From: a virus | Lineage: Duplodnaviria; Caudoviricetes | Reading direction: 5' to 3' (one strand) | Length of the DNA stretch: 56,035 nt | IMG/VR virus record: IMGVR_UViG_3300025098_000052 | Span: 1 to 56,035 of that record | Part shown: in pieces, positions 1 through 8,742 of the stretch | Layout: each line of letters begins with the position of its first letter | Numbering within the stretch: position 1 is the first letter of the stretch | Position numbers and translations under genes: made by a program | The notes under the pieces: model-generated | What the model saw: only the letters and a program-made list of their open reading frames with translations | Told to the model about the DNA's origin: nothing | Databases searched by the model: none

Positions 1-820
1 TCCTTTATTATCCAAATACCATTGCCATAGCAATTGCTTTACCAGTTGTTGCTTTAGCGTCTAATTGGGTTTGTATTGCAGAGGTTACACCGTCTACATA
101 ATTTAATTCAGTAGCAGTCGCTGTAACACCATCAAGTATATTTAGTTCTGCTGCTGTTGATGTTATTGCTACGCCACCTATTTGTAAAGCAGTTGAAGCA
201 TTTATGGTAGGAGCAGTTAAAGTTCCTGTAAATGTTGGCCCTGCAATAGCAGCTTTTGTATCGATCTGTGTTTGTATTGCTGATGTTACGCCATCAACAT
301 AATTTAACTCAGCAGTTGTAGCTGTTACACCGTCAAGTAAGTTAAGCTCCGTAGCTGTTGAAGTAACACCGTCAAGTATATTAAGTTCTGCTGCTGTAGA
401 GGTTACACCTAAATTAGTAAGGGCTGTTGCGGCACTGGTTAAATCAGATAGGTTATTTGACTCTAGTAGATAACGATCATCAGCTTCTGTTTTAGTATAG
501 TGTGTAGCTAGAGTAAACGTTCCATAAGCTACAATGTCTACAATATCTCCTGCTGTAGCACCTGATGCCAGTACAACTGCTGTACCTGATGTAGCGGTAA
601 AATCTGTACCTAATAAAAGTTTTACACCGTTGAGATAAACATCTACAAAACCTGCGTCATAGGTTATACTAAATGTAGTTTGATTACTTGTGGCTGTATA
701 AGTTTGTCTTGATGTAGTTCCGTTTACTGATGAACCTGCAGCAGTAAAACCAGAGCCACCGTATACCTGCATAGAGTTTGAGGTAGTGTTAAAATAGAGA
801 GTTCCTACCTGAAGAGCATC
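1..820. repeat. Imperfect terminal duplication with 54898-56035
   Basis: 1-127 is identical to 54898-55024; ~390-820 is near-identical to ~55605-56035 with silent SNPs; the middle differs by a net 318 bp. Confidence 0.95.
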
Positions 821-2428
821 ACCGTCATTGTCTGTGCTAGGAGCAGATGACTTAGCACCAAGGTATCTGTCATCAAACGAATCAAAACTGGCTGCTGCAG
901 AGGTTGCACTAGAAGCTGCTGCTGTTGCACTGTTTGCTGCACCAGTTGCACTTGAGGCAGCGGCTGTAGCACTTGAAGCGGCTGCTGTAGCTGATGTTGC
1001 TGCTGCAGTGCTTGAGCCAACAATACCATCAACGTATGTCTTAGTTGTGAGATCTGAACTTGCGCTTGGTGTATAAGTAGCGGTAATTTTATTACTACCT
1101 GCTGCTACTGCACCTGTTAGAGTGCCACCTGCTAATGGTAAGAATGTATCTGTTGTATACTTTTTAGTTGCTGCATCTTGATTAGCTGTTGGATCACCCA
1201 AGCCTGTAATCTTAGCTGTACCCATAGCTATAGCACCGCTCATTGTACCACCTGCAAGTGGTAGCTTGGCAGCTATACTATTTGTAATTGTTGTACTAAA
1301 ACTTGCATCATCGTTGATAGCTGCAGCTAGTTCGTTGAGTGTGTTTAGAGTTCCAGGTGCTGAGTCTACAAGTGCAGATACTTCTGTATCAACATAATTT
1401 TTAGTCGCAGCATCTTGTGCATTACTAGGATCTGTAACGTTAGCAATTGTTGTACCTGTAACGTCCAGTGTTCCGTTGACTGTTACGTTAGTAAATGTAG
1501 ATGTACCAGAACCTGCAGTTACGTTTCCTGTAAGATCACCTGTTACATCTCCAGTAATATTACCCGACACGTTACCTGTAACATTACCTGTAATATTACC
1601 TGCAAAGTTACTACTTGCTGTAATAGTTGTACCTGTTATAGCAGCAGCACTTGACGCACCGATAATAGTGCCGTCAATATTACCACCGTTAACATCAACG
1701 CTTGCCAATGTAGCTTGTCCAGTTGTCGATACAGTTGTAAAGCTACCTGCTGCAGCACTAGAAGCACCAATAATTGTACCATCTATGTTACCGCCATTTA
1801 TATCTGCAGTTGTTACAGTTGTTGTTCCTGTAGCGGTTAGTGCGGTGAATGTACCTGCTGCTGCTGTAGAAGCACCTATTATAGTGCCGTCAATGTTACC
1901 ACCGTTTACATCTGCTGTAGTTACTGTTGTAGTACCTGTAGCAGTAAGGTCAGTAAAGGTAGCTGCACCTGCAGATGCTGCACCTATCGTTGCACCGTCT
2001 ATTGCACCACCGTTAATGTCTATGTTAGAAAACGTAGCTGCCCCAGTTACTGTAACAGAGTCGATGTAACCTACACCGTCTACATACAGGTCTTTAAATT
2101 TAAGTGAAGAGCTACCAATGTCAATGTCATCATCAGTTACAGGAACAATAGCACCGTCTTGTATACGTACTTGCTCTACTGCAGCCCCACCTACTTCACT
2201 AAAGAAACCTATTCTATTGTTAGTAGTATCTATTACAACTTTGTTTAAGGCATCACTGTCAGCTATTAGAGGTACGTAACCACCTTCAGTAGAGCTACCG
2301 TCATGCTTGTGTCCAGTAGCTAAAGCAAAAGTATCTCTTAGAGCATTGTACTCTGCGTTTACTGGTGCAGCTTTAATAACCGCATTAGCGATAATGTCTG
2401 CTGCTGATTGTCTTGAATAACCTGCCAT
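8..2428 (-). CDS. Tail fibre protein (allele A)
   Basis: Follows tail tube genes; repeats of DINGGNIDGTIIG, DAATKxYVD, APGTLNTLNELAAA, an Ala/Ser-rich linker and 14-aa AELNxxDGVT repeats. Confidence 0.85.
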   Translation of the reverse strand: MAGYSRQSAADIIANAVIKAAPVNAEYNALRDTFALATGHKHDGSSTEGGYVPLIADSDALNKVVIDTTNNRIGFFSEVGGAAVEQVRIQDGAIVPVTDDDIDIGSSSLKFKDLYVDGVGYIDSVTVTGAATFSNIDINGGAIDGATIGAASAGAATFTDLTATGTTTVTTADVNGGNIDGTIIGASTAAAGTFTALTATGTTTVTTADINGGNIDGTIIGASSAAAGSFTTVSTTGQATLASVDVNGGNIDGTIIGASSAAAITGTTITASSNFAGNITGNVTGNVSGNITGDVTGDLTGNVTAGSGTSTFTNVTVNGTLDVTGTTIANVTDPSNAQDAATKNYVDTEVSALVDSAPGTLNTLNELAAAINDDASFSTTITNSIAAKLPLAGGTMSGAIAMGTAKITGLGDPTANQDAATKKYTTDTFLPLAGGTLTGAVAAGSNKITATYTPSASSDLTTKTYVDGIVGSSTAAATSATAAASSATAAASSATGAANSATAAASSATSAAASFDSFDDRYLGAKSSAPSTDNDGDALQVGTLYFNTTSNSMQVYGGSGFTAAGSSVNGTTSRQTYTATSNQTTFSITYDAGFVDVYLNGVKLLLGTDFTATSGTAVVLASGATAGDIVDIVAYGTFTLATHYTKTEADDRYLLESNNLSDLTSAATALTNLGVTSTAAELNILDGVTSTATELNLLDGVTATTAELNYVDGVTSAIQTQIDTKAAIAGPTFTGTLTAPTINASTALQIGGVAITSTAAELNILDGVTATATELNYVDGVTSAIQTQLDAKATTGKAIAMAMVFG

Positions 2429-2429
2429 G

Positions 2430-3968
2430 TTACAACCTGTCTCCTACTCCAAATGTAATCACTAGACCTTGGATACTGTGTGATGCACTTGTGTCATTAG
2501 TTACGTATTTTAAAGATGCTGATTTACCTGATCCTGATATATTAGTTCTTTGTACTGGGGATGGATTACCATCAAATATTGCAGTGCTATTATATGTAGC
2601 CTCATTATAGAAAGCTGCAGCACCTGCAGTAGATAAATTAAAGTTAGTTGGGTTTAGTGTCTCTACATCTGCATAGTCATACACAGCCGACATTACGATG
2701 GAGTTGTCACCTTCAGAGCGTAAGTATGTAGCTACAGTGTAAAATACTTTGCGTTGCTCTGGGTCTTGCATATGAAAGAAAGGTGTCTGAAACACACTTA
2801 GTATTGGGTTACCATCAAAGTTATTACCTACTTCTTGTTGTTGTACCTTACCTTCTGAAGTACCATGTAAAACAATTTCATTCTGACCTATGTAACCACT
2901 AGACGCACAAGTAGCTGTGATACCTAGCATTTGGCTATACTCAAACTGTAATCCGTTAGGTGTCTGCCTAAAACCACCTATAATACCTTGAGAGTCTGAA
3001 GCCGCAAAGAAGTACCTGAATTGTGTCTTTTGTCTAATTACTACAGCATTAAGACCATCAAGGTCAATATCAAATACAATATCTGTAAAGATAGATTGAA
3101 TGTCTTTTGATACTGTTTCTAAATTAACGTCACCAATCTTTGCTGTACCTGAGATAGGGCGTAAACCATCTTGAGATAGAAATAGTAAGTCACCACCAAT
3201 CTCTATAACACTATCTGTAGCTAGGCATCCTAAATCATCAGTAACAGTTTGTAGTACAAAGTTAGCTAATGCAGTACCACCTAGCTTTTTGATATTAGTA
3301 GAGCCAAATATAAATAGCTCATTCCTAAAAGATTTAATTGCAACTACAGGAAAACCTACATTTATAACTCCTGCGCCTTGACCTGGAGCAAAGTCTGTTT
3401 CATCTAGTGGTGCACTAAAGAATAGCTTTGTTGGATGAGCAGGGTCACCTGCTAAGAATAAATGATTTTGAAATATTGCAGAGTACTTTGGATCAGTAGG
3501 TGCGTTAGCGTGAGTTAGCTGCGTGTAATTTGTACCATCATACGTAGCTGCAGGGTTTATTCCATCTGTCAGTACAACCTTTGGAGTAGCAAAGTTAAAC
3601 CTTGAAAATCTTACTTTAGTTACCCCTACCATTGTAGGAGAACCTGCAGTCGTTACAGCATCCCAAGCTGAACTAGAGTTATTCCATTTGTGTAGGTAGT
3701 TGTTACCTGATGAAGGTTTTCTACAAGCTAGTACGCCATCATTTATACCGTCAGCTACAGCTACACCTAATACACTTCCTGTACCTGTAACTGTGCCATA
3801 ATTATTAGCAAAGCCACTTATCTTTCTGTAGCCACCAGTAACAGCAGGTTCGTAGTTAAGTAATGATATAGCTGATCCAGGCTGTGTCTCACCTTGAGAA
3901 AGCACATCCCTACTAGTGTTAAGACCTCCTTGACAGAAGACTTTGAAGGAAGCTAGATTATCAGCCAT
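2430..3968 (-). CDS. Tail tubular protein B / nozzle-like
   Basis: 512 aa, beta-rich, GGLN near the N-terminus, located between adaptor and fibre. Confidence 0.65.
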   Translation of the reverse strand: MADNLASFKVFCQGGLNTSRDVLSQGETQPGSAISLLNYEPAVTGGYRKISGFANNYGTVTGTGSVLGVAVADGINDGVLACRKPSSGNNYLHKWNNSSSAWDAVTTAGSPTMVGVTKVRFSRFNFATPKVVLTDGINPAATYDGTNYTQLTHANAPTDPKYSAIFQNHLFLAGDPAHPTKLFFSAPLDETDFAPGQGAGVINVGFPVVAIKSFRNELFIFGSTNIKKLGGTALANFVLQTVTDDLGCLATDSVIEIGGDLLFLSQDGLRPISGTAKIGDVNLETVSKDIQSIFTDIVFDIDLDGLNAVVIRQKTQFRYFFAASDSQGIIGGFRQTPNGLQFEYSQMLGITATCASSGYIGQNEIVLHGTSEGKVQQQEVGNNFDGNPILSVFQTPFFHMQDPEQRKVFYTVATYLRSEGDNSIVMSAVYDYADVETLNPTNFNLSTAGAAAFYNEATYNSTAIFDGNPSPVQRTNISGSGKSASLKYVTNDTSASHSIQGLVITFGVGDRL

Positions 3969-4693
3969 TATACACCACTAGTAAATGAACTTGTCCTTGA
4001 ATCACCTACAACAGTAGAGCGTACAAATAAAGTATCATCAATTAAAACTCTACGCATTGTCTTGATGCCATCTTCAAAGTTATTCTGATGCATGGCAGCA
4101 CTTTGTTCATTGCTACGGAAACGCATCATAAACATCATAGCACCGTCTATAACTACGTGCTTAAACCTATCTGGTATAATTGATACATCATTAAATGCAG
4201 TTAAGTCTGTAGGAAATTTCCAATACACATACTCTATTTCATATGCTGCATTAGGTATGGGGCTAACACCAAAAGCTGTACCTAGTGTTTGATACACTAG
4301 TGCAGGAGGTCCATCTCCATTTACTTGATCACCTGTATCATCTGATGGACGTACATTCTGTATATACTGCTCATAAGATATTACACTTAATGGCATAGGA
4401 CTGTTGTTTTCGGAGCTTAGTTTCTTAAGATAGAATGTATCCCAGTCTGTACTAGAATAGTCTGCAGGAAAATCATACTGTCTTGTGCCTACAGTAAGAG
4501 CTTGTGTAAAAGTTGTTTTGAGGAAAGGCCACTCCTGACCATCCTGTAGAATAAGTCTAATGCTACTATTTACTGCGTCCTTAGCTAAAGCTTGCACGTT
4601 TCTTACAGAATCAAAGCCATCACCTGCAGTATCAAGTGTGACCTCGTTCATACGTCTTAGCAATTCATTTACTAGTGTGACATAAGTAGCCAT
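3968..4693 (-). CDS. Tail tubular protein A / head-tail adaptor
   Basis: 241 aa directly after MCP; LVNELLRRMNE...EWPF...Y.FPADY pattern. Confidence 0.65.
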   Translation of the reverse strand: MATYVTLVNELLRRMNEVTLDTAGDGFDSVRNVQALAKDAVNSSIRLILQDGQEWPFLKTTFTQALTVGTRQYDFPADYSSTDWDTFYLKKLSSENNSPMPLSVISYEQYIQNVRPSDDTGDQVNGDGPPALVYQTLGTAFGVSPIPNAAYEIEYVYWKFPTDLTAFNDVSIIPDRFKHVVIDGAMMFMMRFRSNEQSAAMHQNNFEDGIKTMRRVLIDDTLFVRSTVVGDSRTSSFTSGV

Positions 4694-4722
4694 AGAGTTA
4701 TCCTACTGTTATATAAGCTGAA

Positions 4723-4746
4723 GGGCAAGCTTGACATAGCTCGCCC
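4723..4746 (-). terminator. Stem-loop after the major capsid gene (partial terminator or stabiliser)
   Basis: GGGCGAGCT-ATGTCA-AGCTTGCCC on - strand with a weak U tract. Confidence 0.55.
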
Positions 4747-4762
4747 AACAGTATATTTAGTA

Positions 4763-5827
4763 TTAAGCAGCGTTGTAAATAGCTGACACCAATGCTTGTG
4801 GACGGAGAATTTTCCTTCCATATAGGTGCATACCACGTACAATGTCTGCAAATGAGTCTGGATCACGGTAGTTTTCAACTTTGTTGATCTGCTCTGCAGA
4901 AGCAACCGCATCTTCCTGACCTGCCAAGATAACACCGTAATGATCGTCTTGGGCAGTCGCACCTGATGTACCTGCACCTGTACCTTTAGCAGGTAAGTTG
5001 TTAGATACATAAAGTCGGAAGCCGTGTAAGTTGTTTACAGCTAGTCCATTTTGTAGACCTGCTCCACCGTAGTCAGCATTTAATAAACGTGAATCTTCGT
5101 CTTTTAAGATTTCCATGAACACTGGGTCAACTACAAGCCATCTGCCTCGTGAGTCAACATTTGCTGTATCCATCTGACGAGCCATACGTGCAATCACAGT
5201 CAACGGAGATGTCACAGATGTTGACAACGCTGTTGCGCCTGGAAGACGTGCAGCTAGAGGAATGGAGTCACCAGTTGTACCACTTGATGCTGATGTTGTG
5301 ATGTGTCCAATGTCAGACGCATCTAAACGGTTAGCCTTTAGAAATTCACCGTTTATTTCACCTGATGTTGGGTGCTGTGCTGTACCTGAAACGGTAGTAG
5401 TAATTGCACCTGCACCAGAGTGACCTGACATATACTGAAGTAAGTCTGCATCCATTGCGTCAGCCATTTTGTATGCTGCTCTGTCTGCAGCTAGGCTAAC
5501 GAAATCAACTGATGAGAATTGATCTTCGATGTCATCCATTTTAAAAGCAAAGTAGTTAGCTTTGTCAATGGTTAGAGAAAACTCACTGTCATCTAAGTCT
5601 TCTACGGAGATTGCAGTTTTACGCTCCAAAGCGTTGACTGTTACATCAGGCTCTTTCTGGATACGAACTACATCACCTTGGTTTGCAATGTCTCCGAAGT
5701 AGGAGTTGTTAGTGATTGCGTTTGCAACAGATGCTTTTCTTAGAGCAATCTGTGCTTGTTTGGAATAGATAATCGGGCTGAAATTGCCGTCAAATCCGCT
5801 TTTGCCAGAGGCAACTGCTATAGCCAT
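4763..5827 (-). CDS. Major capsid protein (HK97 fold)
   Basis: NFSPIIYSK, GDVVRI, LTIDKANYFAF.MDDIE, FADIVRGMHLYGRKILRP; strong RBS AAGGAG. Confidence 0.9.
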   Translation of the reverse strand: MAIAVASGKSGFDGNFSPIIYSKQAQIALRKASVANAITNNSYFGDIANQGDVVRIQKEPDVTVNALERKTAISVEDLDDSEFSLTIDKANYFAFKMDDIEDQFSSVDFVSLAADRAAYKMADAMDADLLQYMSGHSGAGAITTTVSGTAQHPTSGEINGEFLKANRLDASDIGHITTSASSGTTGDSIPLAARLPGATALSTSVTSPLTVIARMARQMDTANVDSRGRWLVVDPVFMEILKDEDSRLLNADYGGAGLQNGLAVNNLHGFRLYVSNNLPAKGTGAGTSGATAQDDHYGVILAGQEDAVASAEQINKVENYRDPDSFADIVRGMHLYGRKILRPQALVSAIYNAA

Positions 5828-5880
5828 AGTTAAATCTCCTTATAGATATGGCGTGAAAATTTACACTACATACCCACTAT

Positions 5881-6015
5881 AAAGAGGCTCTTGGTGTTAG
5901 GGTAGTCAGTTTACAGACTGGTTGGCCTACTAGTCTGGTCTGGGCCTATACTTTGAGGTAAGTCTTTTTGTGGCTAGTGCTTGTTAAAGCATACACACAG
6001 TTATGGTGTATATGC
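5881..6015 (-). ncRNA. Structured 5' leader of the major capsid gene (candidate cis-regulatory RNA)
   Basis: 10-bp hairpin at 5989-6015; nested stems at 5881-5967 including CAGACT/AGTCTG at 5914-5937. Confidence 0.5.
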
Positions 6016-6047
6016 CATAGTTTTACTTATGAAATCAGTTTTGTCAA
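6016..6047 (-). promoter_or_regulatory. Promoter for the capsid gene
   Basis: TTGACA-N16-TAAAACTATG; same layout at 17038-17069 and 28397-28426. Confidence 0.65.
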
Positions 6048-6998
6048 CTATTTTCTTGACATATCATAAATAAACTTTCCTGAGCGTTGGGCATCCATTA
6101 TTTCGTCCTGACGCTTTTCGTATTCTTTGATAGACATATTAGCAACCTGAGATTCTCTAATATACTTGGACTCTTCATTGTCGCTAGGTATTGTAGTACG
6201 TTTTGTTGTTACAGAGGAAGCTGCTCCTTTATCTTTGACAGGTTTCTTCTCTTTAGTTGTAATACCTTTGTCTGCTTTATATAAGTCTATTACACGAGAT
6301 ACAGACTTAGCATCATCTACATTCTCATACAAAGCATCTTGTACCCACTTAGGCTGTTCCTTAGCCCACTCATGGAATACATCATCAGCACGTATATCAG
6401 TAAAGTCAGGATGAAGTGCTGATAGTTCAGCTTCAGCTTTTTCACGTTTAGCTGTAACTCTTAGCTCTTCAACTTCCTTCAGTCGCTTGTCTATATCTGA
6501 TGAACGCTCTTGTGCTTTCTTGTCAGCTATAGCTTCTACTATACCTGCTACATCAGGATACTTCTTAGACCAAGCTTCTATCTCTTTTTCAGATTTAGGT
6601 AGTACAAGCTCATTCTTAGTTGCAGACTCTAGCTGTGACTCTAGCTTCTCGAACCTGAGTTTCCACTCTTGTTCTTTATCTTTCATATGCCGCCTGATGT
6701 CACCGTAGCGTTGCTTGAAAGTCTTCTCTTCAGCACTTAGGTCTGCATCGTCATCTGCTTCTTGTGCTTCTGCTTTGGGTTCTTCTTTTTGTTTGGTATT
6801 ACTTTCTGCCTGAACTGGTTTAGCTTCAGGCTCTTTGCTATCGGGTTTAGCTTCAGCAGTTTCTTCTTGGGTTTCATCTTCCTGTGTATACCCTGCTTCT
6901 TTTAGTATCTCACGTAGCTCTGCTTCATCCTTATTGATTCTTGCTTGGTTACGTGAATGAGATGCGGAATGCACCTCTACTTGTTCTACTTCAGCCAT
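6048..6998 (-). CDS. Capsid scaffolding protein
   Basis: Acidic coiled-coil protein directly upstream of MCP; FKQRYGD.RRH, HPDF, C-terminal helix ending in GKF. Confidence 0.75.
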   Translation of the reverse strand: MAEVEQVEVHSASHSRNQARINKDEAELREILKEAGYTQEDETQEETAEAKPDSKEPEAKPVQAESNTKQKEEPKAEAQEADDDADLSAEEKTFKQRYGDIRRHMKDKEQEWKLRFEKLESQLESATKNELVLPKSEKEIEAWSKKYPDVAGIVEAIADKKAQERSSDIDKRLKEVEELRVTAKREKAEAELSALHPDFTDIRADDVFHEWAKEQPKWVQDALYENVDDAKSVSRVIDLYKADKGITTKEKKPVKDKGAASSVTTKRTTIPSDNEESKYIRESQVANMSIKEYEKRQDEIMDAQRSGKFIYDMSRK

Positions 6999-7017
6999 TT
7001 TGTTTTCTCCTTATGTG

Positions 7018-7053
7018 GGGCCAGTAATTAAACTGGGTAGCCTTATAGTTATA
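7018..7053 (-). promoter_or_regulatory. TATAACTAT element and leader hairpin upstream of the scaffold gene
   Basis: TATAACTAT at 7045-7053; CCAGT-TTAATT-ACTGG hairpin just before the AAGGAG RBS. Confidence 0.5.
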
Positions 7054-7058
7054 TGGAA

Positions 7059-8561
7059 TTACTTTTTATTTTTCTTCTTTTTAGTTTTACTTGCTAGTCC
7101 ACCTTCATTAAATATAGTTCCTGAACTTGTTGTAGAACTTTCTTCTTCACTTGGTGGTGTATCACCTGCAGCCTGTTGTTCTCCTGATACCTCAACTCCT
7201 GTTAATTCTTCAACAGCGTCTGCTCTTTCTTCTACAGTCATATCATCAAATTGTCCAAATTCTGCAGGAGCTTGTGATTCGCCAGTACTACCACTGCTGA
7301 TTCCAGATCCTCCACCGCCAGACTCTTCAGGAGGCTTAGGTTTAGGCTTAGGTTTTGCTCCGTGAAACAGCGTAGCCATAGATGTCAAAATTGACGGTTT
7401 AGTAGATCCATACTTATCTTGTAACTGACTTAGTATTTGATCACCGTCAATGACTTCATCTGGAATAAACTTTAGGAATGTACTTTTTTCAACAACAGAA
7501 TTTATTTGATTGTGTAGTGCTTCAGATAGCTCAGGATTAATATCTTTTATCATATCTGCTAGTGCACGAGAACGTGCAACACCTGTTGCTCTATTTATAC
7601 CTGTAAATGCAGCACCTATCAGGCTTACACCTGCAATGGTTTTATCACCCTCTGTAACTCCTAGCATATCATTTACAGAAGCCTGTACTGCCTCACCATC
7701 TGTAAAGTCTAAACCGTCAGCCCAAGCTGTAGGATCTGGTGGGTCTTCGTCTTCACCACCACCTCCATTATCATTATCAATAACAGGAGGTGTTAGAGTA
7801 TATCCTTCTGCTAGTAGTTTATTGTACTGCTCTAATGTTTTAGCTTCAACTACAGGTTTACCATTATTAGGACCATACATAGTGACAGGAGTAAACTCAG
7901 GTGTTGGGGATGCAGCTTGACTTATTTGTTCTAAATTATCTTGTGCCTGTGGTGAAAAACTAAACCCTGCACCAAACTGTGAGAAGTCTAACTGCGCCTG
8001 AGTATTAGCAGGTACAGGTGTTACTGGAGGAGGTGGGGCAACTGGAGGTGGGGGAGGAGTTACTACACTTGAACTGTTATAACCTCTTACTTGACCACCT
8101 CCATCATAACCTGCGTTACCCATAGCAACAGGTGCACCTTGTCGATACATCATCTGCTGTTGTTGGTACGGATCAGGCTGCGTAGATTGTGTAGGTTGTT
8201 GTGTAGCAAAGCCACCAACAGCCATAGTCATGTTTTCAATCTCAGCCATCTCTTCAGGAGTTAAGTCATCTTGTTGCATTGGCTCTACTGGTTCACCACC
8301 AATACGTCCTTCTGCATCCATACGAGCTAATTCAATCTTAGCTGTTTCTCTTAAGTCTTCAAAAAACTTCATGCCATAAAAACGAAGAACATCAGCAGGT
8401 ACTACATACTCACCTTCACTTAGTTGTGCAGGAATATCATCTCTTACTTCTTCAGGTAAGGAGCCTGGGGGTACTTCATTACCTGACACTGGGTCTACTT
8501 CTACAGGTTGTCGTGTAGATATAAACACTGCTTGCATTTGATCGTCTTCATTTAGAGCCAT
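7059..8561 (-). CDS. Conserved phage protein, probably internal virion/head protein
   Basis: DPVSGNEVPPGS...DDIPAQLSEGEYVVPADV N-terminal domain with a low-complexity remainder; lies between portal and scaffold. Confidence 0.55.
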   Translation of the reverse strand: MALNEDDQMQAVFISTRQPVEVDPVSGNEVPPGSLPEEVRDDIPAQLSEGEYVVPADVLRFYGMKFFEDLRETAKIELARMDAEGRIGGEPVEPMQQDDLTPEEMAEIENMTMAVGGFATQQPTQSTQPDPYQQQQMMYRQGAPVAMGNAGYDGGGQVRGYNSSSVVTPPPPPVAPPPPVTPVPANTQAQLDFSQFGAGFSFSPQAQDNLEQISQAASPTPEFTPVTMYGPNNGKPVVEAKTLEQYNKLLAEGYTLTPPVIDNDNGGGGEDEDPPDPTAWADGLDFTDGEAVQASVNDMLGVTEGDKTIAGVSLIGAAFTGINRATGVARSRALADMIKDINPELSEALHNQINSVVEKSTFLKFIPDEVIDGDQILSQLQDKYGSTKPSILTSMATLFHGAKPKPKPKPPEESGGGGSGISSGSTGESQAPAEFGQFDDMTVEERADAVEELTGVEVSGEQQAAGDTPPSEEESSTTSSGTIFNEGGLASKTKKKKNKK

Positions 8562-8742
8562 TAACTTTATCCCTCAAATATTTTAGTCTTCTAAGTGTAG
8601 AAATGGAACCTTGACAACGGTGTAAGTCTATTGCCACCTCTGATTGCTCTAGTCTTCTTTGTTGCTCAAGAATTAAAATGTCTAGTTCTTCACAGAATGC
8701 ATCCCACTGTGCTTTATTATTTACAAAAGCTTTAAGCGACAT
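8548..8742 (-). CDS. Small portal-adjacent hypothetical protein (64 aa; start probably ATG 8742)
   Basis: Overlaps both neighbours; RCQG...LRRL motif. Confidence 0.65.
   Translation of the reverse strand: MSLKAFVNNKAQWDAFCEELDILILEQQRRLEQSEVAIDLHRCQGSISTLRRLKYLRDKVNGSK

Noticed and set aside
805-2069. Alternative-frame and antisense ORFs over the fibre gene (and similar ones genome-wide, e.g. 7510-7920, 24681-25157, 32616-33041, 47215-47613)
   Set aside because: These are shadows of repetitive or biased codon usage, lack RBSs and conflict with the operon layout
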